IMG/VR virus record: IMGVR_UViG_3300048080_000144
Span: 1-26,669 of that record
DNA: 26,669 nt
Reading direction: 5' to 3' (one strand)
Source of the DNA: a virus
Taxonomy: Duplodnaviria; Caudoviricetes
Shown in pieces: positions 18,556-26,080 of this stretch (within the stretch, counting starts at the first letter, position 1; each line of letters begins with the position of its first letter). The position numbers were made by a program, and so were the translations under genes. Under the pieces are notes generated by a model that saw only the letters and a program-made list of their open reading frames with translations, did no database searches and was not told the DNA's origin.

Positions 18556-19181
18556 AGCGGTTCGGGATCTCGCAGCTCCAGCGCGCCATCAACGGCGTCA
18601 CGCCCATTAACCTGGCGTTCGTGGAGTACAACGAGTCTGGACTAGCGGGCGACGACCCGCCCGTCCTGGAGAACTTCCGCATCCTGATCGACCTCTCGGA
18701 TACCGTGAACTACAAGCACAAGAACACGGGGGCGCTGGAAATCTGGTCGCTGGATTCCATCCTGGGTCGCGAAAGAGCCGCCTCGAAATGGGAGATGTTC
18801 GTGGGCGTGGTGTTGGCCGTGAGCCCGGCGAACGTGACGGTCGGATACCTGGAAGGCGGGACGGTAAATTCAGACGGAAGCGATCCGGTTTCGAGGGTTA
18901 GCGAGGACCGAGACTACGCTGGCGCGGTCATCAACCTTCGAGTAATGGCGGGCGTCCCGTCCAAGGGCATCATCGTTGAACGCGGTCCCGGTGCGCCCGC
19001 AAACGGAATCACGGTTGAAACGGCAATCACGTCCGCGACTCTCATCAAAACGACCCTTCCGGGCGACCCGCAGCCGACCGCCACTCCGGCCACAGGAGAC
19101 CTCATCATGCGAGTCAGAAAAACCATGGGCGAAGGAACGCTTCGGGCCCGGCACGCCATCCGGTACAGGGGGATCGTCTGA
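18552..19181 (+). CDS. Hypothetical virion-associated protein (209 aa)
   Basis: GTGA-coupled, beta-rich, no signal peptide. Confidence 0.7.
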   Translation: MKRFGISQLQRAINGVTPINLAFVEYNESGLAGDDPPVLENFRILIDLSDTVNYKHKNTGALEIWSLDSILGRERAASKWEMFVGVVLAVSPANVTVGYLEGGTVNSDGSDPVSRVSEDRDYAGAVINLRVMAGVPSKGIIVERGPGAPANGITVETAITSATLIKTTLPGDPQPTATPATGDLIMRVRKTMGEGTLRARHAIRYRGIV

Positions 19182-19681
19182 TGCTGCACATTCTGGCGCT
19201 GCTGATCGGTTCGGCACTGGCAGACACAGACACCTTCACCGCGACCGTCACTGCCACCGCGACTTCCACGGGAACATCGACCAGCACCGCGACCAGATCT
19301 CCCACGCTGACGCCGACCCCACCCTTGCGGGAAGGCGATCCCGTCTATCCTCCGATGTGGGCGCAGGGCAACATCCAACGTCTCATCGAAATGGATCGAA
19401 CTGGTCCGCTCTCTCCCGGAATCACGCAGGCTTTGTTCCCGAATCAGACGCCTCAAGCCTACTGGACGGCCTGCCCGAACCGACGCGCGCTCTGCATCTC
19501 GAACCGAGATGTGGGGATCTGGATCGAATACAACACGGGAGAATTTGCGACCGGTCAAGGCGACTGCCTGGAACCGCTCGACAAGTGGTGCGTGACCAAG
19601 TTTGCCGGGGCAACCGGCGCGGTTTGGCTGTGTTCGCCTTCCGGGACACCAGAGGTGAGGCTGTGGGCGCAGCACGACTAG
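19181..19681 (+). CDS. Signal peptide + Thr-X tract + Cys-containing beta domain (166 aa)
   Basis: MLHILALLIGSALA|DTDTFTATVT... TGATG-coupled start. Confidence 0.75.
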   Translation: MLHILALLIGSALADTDTFTATVTATATSTGTSTSTATRSPTLTPTPPLREGDPVYPPMWAQGNIQRLIEMDRTGPLSPGITQALFPNQTPQAYWTACPNRRALCISNRDVGIWIEYNTGEFATGQGDCLEPLDKWCVTKFAGATGAVWLCSPSGTPEVRLWAQHD

Positions 19682-20712
19682 CGGCGCTATCGCTACTGCT
19701 GTGTGCATCGAACGCGTTTGCCGTAACGCGCTTCTATTTTCCGGCCGGAACGGCCGCCGACGTGGCACCGGTCGCGAACGGAGCATGGGGCGAGACGGAC
19801 GGAGCACTCAATCGGCTGCTGGTCCACGGCACGAAGTCGAACACGGCGCTGGCGAATGGATCGCAGCTCGCGTTCGCGGTCGGCGTTACACAGCTCGACC
19901 GCCGCTACGTCTCGGACCCGATCACGGCCATGACTCTCTCGGGGACGGTGAAGTGCTACTTGATGTCTCGCGAGTTCAACAACGGGGACAACACGACGTC
20001 GCGATTGGAGATCTACGTCGTCCACAACGACGGGCAGACGGTTCGGGGGACGAACCTCGCGATCGGGCAGTACGGGCCGAACCTGGAGTTCATCAACAAC
20101 GCGACGCTCCGCAGCAAGTCGTATGCGGACGGAGACACAATCACGAGCGTTTCTGTCACGGAGGGAGACCGGATCGTCGTCTGCATCGGGTACGCGGATC
20201 TGGCGGGAGCGTCGCCGGAGGGCCAGTCGAAATACGGCGACCCGACGAGCGGGACGGACCTCGCCGAGAACGAGACGAACACGACCGCGAATCCGGGGTG
20301 GGTTGAATTTTCGGCCTCGATCGCAAAGGCGAACACACCCACGTTCACCGCCACGGCAACGAGCACGAGCACGGCCACGAGTACGGCAACGGCGACCACG
20401 ACGGCCACAGCAACAACTACCGCAACCGAGACATCGACGGCAACGGTCACGGCTACGGTCACATCGACCGGGACCGAAACATCAACCGCTACGGCGACCG
20501 CAACGGTATCCTCGACAGCCACCGAAACCGCGACCGTGACTGCGACTGTCACTGAAACCGCAAGCGAAACAAGCACAGCTACGGCCACGACGACATCGAC
20601 CGCAACCGCGACCATGACGAACACCGCCACCGCCAGTGCCACGAGAACCGAGACGCCAACCCCCGGAGCAGCACCAACACGTCGCCAGGGTCAAATCTGG
20701 TGGGTCAGATGA
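19663..20712 (+). CDS. Signal peptide + beta domain + 110-aa Thr-X tract (349 aa)
   Basis: SD GAGGTG before GTG 19663. Sequence MGAARLAALSLLLCASNAFA|VTRFYF... This is the likely start inside the 18976-20712 ORF. Confidence 0.75.
   Translation: MGAARLAALSLLLCASNAFAVTRFYFPAGTAADVAPVANGAWGETDGALNRLLVHGTKSNTALANGSQLAFAVGVTQLDRRYVSDPITAMTLSGTVKCYLMSREFNNGDNTTSRLEIYVVHNDGQTVRGTNLAIGQYGPNLEFINNATLRSKSYADGDTITSVSVTEGDRIVVCIGYADLAGASPEGQSKYGDPTSGTDLAENETNTTANPGWVEFSASIAKANTPTFTATATSTSTATSTATATTTATATTTATETSTATVTATVTSTGTETSTATATATVSSTATETATVTATVTETASETSTATATTTSTATATMTNTATASATRTETPTPGAAPTRRQGQIWWVR
20335..20664 (+). repeat. Coding low-complexity (Thr-X)n tract, ACN at nearly every second codon
   Basis: TPTFTATATSTSTATSTA...TRTETPTP, with synonymous Thr codons mixed. 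Confidence 0.9.
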
Positions 20713-20750
20713 CAGTCGAGGTGATAGGCTCCCGCCCGAGGAGGAACGCC

Positions 20751-21518
20751 ATGAAGATTCCCGCACTCCTGATCGCCGCTCTGGTCGCCCTCGGTGCGGA
20801 CTTTGCCAGCGCCGCGACCGACACGTTTACGGCGACATCAACCAGAACCCCGACCGCGACCAGAACGTCGACCGTCACCGAAACGGCGACGAGATCTGGA
20901 ACGTCCACGTCGACGAGAACGTGGACCCGAAGTCAGACGCCGACCAGGACGCGCACGTTTTCGAGGACGGCAACATTGACGGCGACTTCGACACGGACGC
21001 CGACGAGCAGCGCGACCGCGACCATCACGGCGACTCGAACGGTCTCTGGAACCGTGACGCCGACGATGGCGGGAACGTTCACGCCCGTTGTGCCGAGCGA
21101 CTGGTACTCCGAGCAGAAATCCGACATGAACATTCTGCGGCGGATCGAACTCTGGTTCGCAGGAACGCCGGGGCCGGTAACGGCAAGTGGAGCAGGATCG
21201 TTCCCCTACGGAGCAGGCACGCCGGTTCCGGTTCTGCCATTCAATGCCGCCAGCTCGTCGGTGACGGTCTACTCGGTTGGAGTGACTGAAGTTACGGGAC
21301 CGACCGCGAATACAGCGAGGATCGGCGTCTCGATCTACAACAACGGGACGGTGCAGATTTTCTACCGCTCAACGACGGGGATCACGACCGCGAACGGTTA
21401 TCCGCTCGACGCGGGGAGCCACGCGCTACTCGGTCCCGACTTCGGATCGAAGCTCGCGTTCTTCTTCATCAGCGGCACGGCGGCACAGAATGTCCGGGTG
21501 CAGGAGTTTATCCAATGA
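20751..21518 (+). CDS. Signal peptide + Thr/Arg tract + C-terminal beta domain (255 aa)
   Basis: RBS CCGAGGAGGA. Sequence MKIPALLIAALVALGADFASA|ATDTFTATST... ATG 20709 is an alternative coupled start. Confidence 0.8.
   Translation: MKIPALLIAALVALGADFASAATDTFTATSTRTPTATRTSTVTETATRSGTSTSTRTWTRSQTPTRTRTFSRTATLTATSTRTPTSSATATITATRTVSGTVTPTMAGTFTPVVPSDWYSEQKSDMNILRRIELWFAGTPGPVTASGAGSFPYGAGTPVPVLPFNAASSSVTVYSVGVTEVTGPTANTARIGVSIYNNGTVQIFYRSTTGITTANGYPLDAGSHALLGPDFGSKLAFFFISGTAAQNVRVQEFIQ
20814..21086 (+). repeat. Coding (Thr-X)n tract enriched in Arg
   Basis: ATDTFTATSTRTPTATRTST...GTFTP, about 91 aa. Confidence 0.88.
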
Positions 21519-22582
21519 TCTCGATCATCTTTGCGGCATTGGCGCTCGTCTCTCCGGCGCTGGCCGCAGACATCAAGCACCCGAACTTCCCGGCGAAAGG
21601 CGGAACTGTTCTCGGCCTCGCCTCCTTCACGACCGGACTCGCGGCGAACCGATCTTCGGCCGAGCCAGCCTTCCAGGCGATCAACACCGGGGCCGGGAAT
21701 TCGTTCGAGGCATACACGCCAGGCGGCAGCTACCTGTTCGGACAGAGCGTCGTTGGAGGCGCGACGTCGCCGATCCTTGCGCCCCTCATCGCGCTGTCTG
21801 TGAATGGAGCGACGACCAACTCGGGGGTCGCCTACGCCACCACCGCTGCGCGAATGCTAATGAGCGAGCCAAGTGGGTTTGTTGATATCGCGACGAGCGT
21901 CAACGGAGGAGGAGACTTCGACGGGGCGCATGTGTGGGTCGGAAAGAACGAATCCGGGCGGGGCGGGATCAAGTGGGAATCGTTCGACGATGATGCGAAT
22001 GCCTTCTTACAATTCCATTCGCACCGAATCGGTCGTGGCGGGAAGTTCGCCTTCGGTGATGCCTACAACGGAGGGCTGAACGTCACGACACTGGAACTGC
22101 GGGCGAACGGATACGTGTGGGATTGGCGCGCGCGGTCGGCACAAATCGGCCCGCAAGGATCGAACACGACCGGCGGTTGGCGGTGGTACATCGTTGGCGA
22201 CGGTGCGGGGACCATGCCAATCCACACGGATTGGTCTGACGCAGCCGGTAACGTACTCCTGCGGTTGAACCACGCGGGCGGATTGCAAATCCTTGCGTCC
22301 AACAGTCTCACGCTCGGCAACGGGGCGATTGCGGCAGGGAACATCGCCCCGGGCCAGGACAACACCGGAGCGGTCGGAACGAGCAGCGCCAGATGGGGCA
22401 GCATCCGCGCCGTCACAGTCACGACTGGCGACCTCGGATTCGATGACGAGTGCTGCGCGGTCTGCCGTGCGTGCTTCAACGCGGGCGATGATGTCATCTG
22501 GCGAATCCGCCGACAGGTGATGGACGAACAGAAGCGGACCGTCTCCTACGCGGTTCCGATCCACGTCCGGTGCTCGAAGTGA
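21515..22582 (+). CDS. Tail fibre-like protein with an N-terminal signal peptide (355 aa)
   Basis: MISIIFAALALVSPALA|ADIK. Fibre-like motifs FPAKGGTVLG and PGQDNTGAVGTSSARWGSI..TGDL. C-terminal CCxxCxxC...HxxC. Confidence 0.7.
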   Translation: MISIIFAALALVSPALAADIKHPNFPAKGGTVLGLASFTTGLAANRSSAEPAFQAINTGAGNSFEAYTPGGSYLFGQSVVGGATSPILAPLIALSVNGATTNSGVAYATTAARMLMSEPSGFVDIATSVNGGGDFDGAHVWVGKNESGRGGIKWESFDDDANAFLQFHSHRIGRGGKFAFGDAYNGGLNVTTLELRANGYVWDWRARSAQIGPQGSNTTGGWRWYIVGDGAGTMPIHTDWSDAAGNVLLRLNHAGGLQILASNSLTLGNGAIAAGNIAPGQDNTGAVGTSSARWGSIRAVTVTTGDLGFDDECCAVCRACFNAGDDVIWRIRRQVMDEQKRTVSYAVPIHVRCSK

Positions 22583-23163
22583 TCGCGCTTCTGTTCGGCC
22601 TGTTGATCGGAACGGCGCACGCCGACTTCTGCTTCCCGCAGACCTGCACCTTCACGCCGACCGGCTCTCCGACCGCGACCTTCACGGTGAGCGGAACGAG
22701 TACCCCGACCCCGACGCCGAGCGGAAGCAGGACCGCGACGCCGACAGCGAATCCGACGAAGTTCTCCGTCGCGGGCCAGGTCACGGCCTACGCGGGCGTC
22801 GCGGCGGCCGCGCACGGGCTGCCGGTTCTGCTGGCTGCGGGCTACGAGGTCGCGTCCTCGGGGGCGGGCGCGCAGAGCACGAACATCGTGTCGTTCACCG
22901 TGGCGACGACCGGCCTGTACCGGGTATTCGTGCAGGGTTCCACGACGACGGTCGACACGATCACCGCCGTCGTCATCTGGACCGACAGCGTGAACGTGAC
23001 CACGCAGACCAAGACGGTCATCGCGGCGGTCCCGCTGACGAACGGAGCCGCGGACGGGTTCGCCTACGTGAACGCGGTAACGCTGGACCCGATCATCGCG
23101 AGGATCACGATTTCCTCGCAGGCCACGTCGAAATTCTCCGCGACCATCGAGCGGCTGCGGTAG
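22579..23163 (+). CDS. Signal peptide + Thr/Pro tract + jelly-roll-like head domain (194 aa)
   Basis: GTGA-coupled. Sequence MIALLFGLLIGTAHA|DFCFPQTC. Motifs FTVATTGLYRV and SATIERL. Confidence 0.75.
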   Translation: MIALLFGLLIGTAHADFCFPQTCTFTPTGSPTATFTVSGTSTPTPTPSGSRTATPTANPTKFSVAGQVTAYAGVAAAAHGLPVLLAAGYEVASSGAGAQSTNIVSFTVATTGLYRVFVQGSTTTVDTITAVVIWTDSVNVTTQTKTVIAAVPLTNGAADGFAYVNAVTLDPIIARITISSQATSKFSATIERLR

Positions 23164-23244
23164 ATGCGCGGCGTTGTGTTCGGCGTCCTGTTCTCGCTGC
23201 CGTTGTGGATCGGAATTGCCGCGCTGGTTTGCCTCGCGCTCTGA
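23164..23244 (+). CDS. 26-aa single transmembrane peptide
   Basis: MRGVVFGVLFSLPLWIGIAALVCLAL. ATG abuts the previous TAG and the ORF fills the gap. Confidence 0.6.
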   Translation: MRGVVFGVLFSLPLWIGIAALVCLAL

Positions 23245-23245
23245 C

Positions 23246-23500
23246 GTGTCCCGTCCGGTCGGTGAACGGGTCGCTGCCCTTGAGCAGTGGCAGAAGGACG
23301 CGCAGGAGAACATCAAGGGTTTGATCGCCTCGATCGGCGCGCTCAACACGACGCTGCTCGCCCTGAACGCGAACGGTCGGCCTCGCGAGGGCGGGTTCCG
23401 GGACTGGCGTTTCCTTCTGTTGCTGGGCGGGATGGCGGCGGGCGGTGGCGGGACCGCGAAAATGATCGACGCGATCGTGAAAGGCCTCGCGGGGGGCTAG
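23246..23500 (+). CDS. Coiled-coil plus hydrophobic C-terminus membrane protein (XhlA/holin-accessory-like, 84 aa)
   Basis: ERVAALEQWQK..IASIGALN followed by WRFLLLLGGMAAGGG. Directly before the lysin candidate. Confidence 0.55.
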   Translation: MSRPVGERVAALEQWQKDAQENIKGLIASIGALNTTLLALNANGRPREGGFRDWRFLLLLGGMAAGGGGTAKMIDAIVKGLAGG

Positions 23501-23503
23501 ACG

Positions 23504-24154
23504 GTGCGCGGCTTCGACCCGGAACTGGTCCTGACGGACGAAGAATTCTCAGCCTACGACCGCTCGTTCGACATCACCGCGTTCCTGATCGAGCGTGGCG
23601 CGTACCTCGCGGGCTACACGTTCGACGGTCGCAGCGTGGGTCGGATGGTGAAGGACGCGATCGAGGGCGGAAGCTCCGGGGCCGTGTCGATCCCGCTGAT
23701 GCTGGCCGCGCTACAGCGGGAGCAATCGCTTCTCTCGCTCGGGCCGATCAAGGCGGCGGCGCTGCGGTTCGTCCCGAAGGTCTACCAGGGCCGGACGCAC
23801 GAGGGAGTGATATCGGCCGTGGCGTCCACGGTTCTGGACACGAAGCTCGACTGGTGCCTCGGCTACGGCTGCCCGGACAAAGGGAAGGACGGCCACTACC
23901 CGCCGCGCTGGCTCTGGCTGCGCGGCTTCCCGGTTCAGGTCCGCGAAGCGGCACGCACGTATCGCCAACTGTTCCGAACCTGGAAAGAGGGCCGGAGTCT
24001 CACCGAACAGCCGCTCGACGTGAGGCGCTACGGACTCGGGACGATCGTCCCGAAGAACGCGGCGACGTGGGCGATCTACGAGTTTAACCCTCGACTCGAG
24101 GGAGCGAAACTGAGCTTTGAGATGTTCCGGAAGTACGGGTGGCTGAGATCGTGA
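23504..24154 (+). CDS. Putative endolysin / lysozyme-like cell wall hydrolase (216 aa)
   Basis: Motifs LMLAALQREQSL, LGYGCPD, GFPVQVREAA and NAATWAIYEFNP. Lysis-module position. Confidence 0.6.
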   Translation: MRGFDPELVLTDEEFSAYDRSFDITAFLIERGAYLAGYTFDGRSVGRMVKDAIEGGSSGAVSIPLMLAALQREQSLLSLGPIKAAALRFVPKVYQGRTHEGVISAVASTVLDTKLDWCLGYGCPDKGKDGHYPPRWLWLRGFPVQVREAARTYRQLFRTWKEGRSLTEQPLDVRRYGLGTIVPKNAATWAIYEFNPRLEGAKLSFEMFRKYGWLRS

Positions 24155-24798
24155 AACGCTGTCCGAAGTGCGCTGAATCAAAGTCGGCGAGTCCAGAGCA
24201 TTTCCACTTGGACAATCGGACGCCAACCGGCCTTTCCTCCTGGTGTCGAAAATGCCAGGGCGCAGCCAGAGATGCGTGGGGCAAAAAGAATCGGGATCGA
24301 GTCAACGCCAACGCGAAGGCGCTGAGGAAGAAACAACCAGAGAAGAACAGGGAGAGCCACCGGAAGTGGCGTGGAAAGGAGGGCAACCGAGAGAAGCAGG
24401 CTGCCGCCGATGCCGCCAGGTATCAGGCCAACAAGGTGGCGATGGACGCCAGGTTGCAACGGTGGCGAGACAAGAATCGAGATCGAGTGAACGCGATCTC
24501 CAAGAGGTCGAGGGGTAGAAATCCTGACAGCGTGAAATCCACCAAACTGAAAGCGAGCCACGGAATCACGCTCGAAATCTACAACGCCATGTTGGCGACG
24601 CAAGGCGGCGTTTGCGCAATCTGCAAGGAGTCACCAGGACGAGTCGCCTTGGCCGTGGACCACGATCACGCCACCAAAAAGCTTCGCGCGCTTCTCTGTG
24701 GACGATGCAACACCGGTCTCGGAATGTTTCGAGACGATCCGGTTCGGCTGCAAGCGGCCATCTCGTACCTCACAGCCCATGGGTGGATTCGGTCCTGA
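24151..24798 (+). CDS. Endonuclease VII-family (beta-beta-alpha-Me) putative homing endonuclease
   Basis: N-terminal KRCPKC..WCRKC. C-terminal GITLEIYNAMLATQGGVCAIC..LAVDHDH..RALLCGRCNTGLGMFRDD..AISYL. GTG 24139 is an alternative start. Confidence 0.92.
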   Translation: MKRCPKCAESKSASPEHFHLDNRTPTGLSSWCRKCQGAARDAWGKKNRDRVNANAKALRKKQPEKNRESHRKWRGKEGNREKQAAADAARYQANKVAMDARLQRWRDKNRDRVNAISKRSRGRNPDSVKSTKLKASHGITLEIYNAMLATQGGVCAICKESPGRVALAVDHDHATKKLRALLCGRCNTGLGMFRDDPVRLQAAISYLTAHGWIRS

Positions 24799-25394
24799 CT
24801 TCTGCCGGATTCGTCCCTACGGCGGTCGCGGCGGCGATGGCAATACTGGCCGAGTGCGACGGCAAGACCGTGAGTCGGAAGCACGAGACGCACGCGAGCC
24901 GAGCCGAGGTCTCGGCGATCGTTTCCGAGTGCGCCCGCATGGCACCGATCGCGTCGGCCTGGTGTGGCTACGTTGTGCCGCCGGAGACGTTTTGGGTGAC
25001 GGCGGCATGCGAGGGAGGGTGGCACAATCTGAACCGCGACCAGGTTGTTGATCCGTGGCACCGTTCGACCGGCTATGTGGCGATGCGACCTAGCTGTTAC
25101 ACGAAGTTTTCGAGGAGATCGGCGCAACAGTTTATTTCACGCGCAGGCCTCGATCTCGACGAATGGAGTGTGGATGTCTGCGGACACAACCGGGGCCACC
25201 CCTTGCAACAGGTCCGCGTCTACTTCTCGGCCTGGGCCTACTACCTGCGCCAGGAAGGGGGGGCGGTGGATCGCGTAGCCTCGATCTGGCGCTACGGATA
25301 CCCGACCGAGCCAAGCTACGCCCGCCGCAACCGCGAGGTCTGGCAGCGCGTGTTCGGCACCTACCCGGAAGGAGGCCAGCTACGCATCCGGTGA
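24783..25394 (+). CDS. Divergent lytic transglycosylase (SLT)-like protein with hydrophobic N-terminus
   Basis: TAACEGGW (catalytic Glu position), STGYVAM, AWAYYL, IWRYGY and SYARR follow SLT motif order. Start is GTG 24783 or ATG 24837. Confidence 0.55.
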   Translation: MDSVLTSAGFVPTAVAAAMAILAECDGKTVSRKHETHASRAEVSAIVSECARMAPIASAWCGYVVPPETFWVTAACEGGWHNLNRDQVVDPWHRSTGYVAMRPSCYTKFSRRSAQQFISRAGLDLDEWSVDVCGHNRGHPLQQVRVYFSAWAYYLRQEGGAVDRVASIWRYGYPTEPSYARRNREVWQRVFGTYPEGGQLRIR

Positions 25395-25516
25395 TACGAA
25401 ACGTTCCGCGCCCTCCCGAACCGCCTCGCTATCCGCTGCTTGGCGTCGTGATCCTGTGGTCGCTTGCCGTGGCGGCGATGCTCGTGGTAGTTTTCCTCGC
25501 CTGCAAAGGAGGCTGA
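25391..25516 (+). CDS. 41-aa single transmembrane protein
   Basis: GTGA-coupled. TM segment LLGVVILWSLAVAAMLVVVFLA. Contains the SD of the next gene. Confidence 0.6.
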   Translation: MIRNVPRPPEPPRYPLLGVVILWSLAVAAMLVVVFLACKGG

Positions 25517-25517
25517 G

Positions 25518-25811
25518 ATGAACCCACTCGCTGCAATCGGCAATCTGATCGTGCGCGTTCCGATCGTCGGAACGTTGATCCAGAAGTATCTGCCCACGGA
25601 CAAACCCTGGTACCAGTCCGCGACGATGTGGGCCGGGATCGCGTGGGCCGCGTCGGCGGTCGTGGCCGGTGCCGACATCGGAGGGATTGACCAGCAGGCC
25701 GACAAGGTGGCGGCCGTGTTCAATCTGGCCGGACCGATTCTGATGCTGCTCGGCGTCCGCAAGGCCGCGACGACCACAGCCTCGGCGAGCGTGACCGCAC
25801 CACCCAAGTAG
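25518..25811 (+). CDS. Holin-like membrane protein (97 aa)
   Basis: SD AAAGGAGG. KPWYQSATMW motif and two hydrophobic segments. Last gene before the terminator. Confidence 0.7.
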   Translation: MNPLAAIGNLIVRVPIVGTLIQKYLPTDKPWYQSATMWAGIAWAASAVVAGADIGGIDQQADKVAAVFNLAGPILMLLGVRKAATTTASASVTAPPK

Positions 25812-25854
25812 CCCACCCCCGCTTTACCCCTCCCCGTGTCCAACTGGTAGGGGC

Positions 25855-25893
25855 AGCCCCCGGCGCACCCACCCGTTCCGGGGGCTTCTTTTT
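25855..25893 (+). terminator. Rho-independent terminator ending the late operon
   Basis: AGCCCCCGG-N14-CCGGGGGCT followed by TCTTTTT. Confidence 0.85.
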
Positions 25894-26000
25894 GGCGACA
25901 GGGAGGGCCATTCCAACCCTGTAGCGGGGCGTTTCGGGGGGTTGTAGTAGGGGCCGGTAGCGGAATCGCTGAATCTGGCCCGGACCCCATCTTTTCGGTC

Positions 26001-26031
26001 TTGACTCTAGTCCATGGTTGTACTAGAGTTA
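26001..26031 (+). promoter_or_regulatory. Sigma70-type promoter overlapped by an inverted repeat (operator candidate)
   Basis: TTGACT-N17-TAGAGT. Dyad TGACTCTAGTCCA-tggt-TGTACTAGAGTTA (11/13 match). Confidence 0.7.
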
Positions 26032-26080
26032 GGGCATGGACACGGGAATTCAACCGCCCGAGAGGGCAGAGGAGGGGAAA

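Noticed and set aside
18976-19662. N-terminal 229 aa of the 578-aa ORF
   Set aside because: Overlaps two better genes in other frames. SD plus GTG at 19663 with a signal peptide marks the likely start.
20013-20642. Very hydrophobic Val/Ala minus-strand ORF
   Set aside because: It is the reverse complement of the Thr-X tract (ACN codons read as GTN on the other strand).
20709-20750. Twin-arginine (Tat) signal in the extended start MTVEVIGSRPRRNAM
   Set aside because: Lacks the S/T-R-R-x-F-L consensus. The arginines are a by-product of the CCGAGGAGG RBS.
20335-21086. Possible CRISPR array or DGR variable repeat
   Set aside because: No exact repeat-spacer structure, no adenine-specific template/variable pair, and no reverse transcriptase in the window.
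25490-25516. FLAC as the lipobox of an o-spanin
   Set aside because: Non-canonical lipobox, and only three residues follow the Cys.
26002-26031. dif/Xer or att site
   Set aside because: No resemblance to the dif consensus, no integrase in the window, and phage-like genes continue on both sides.
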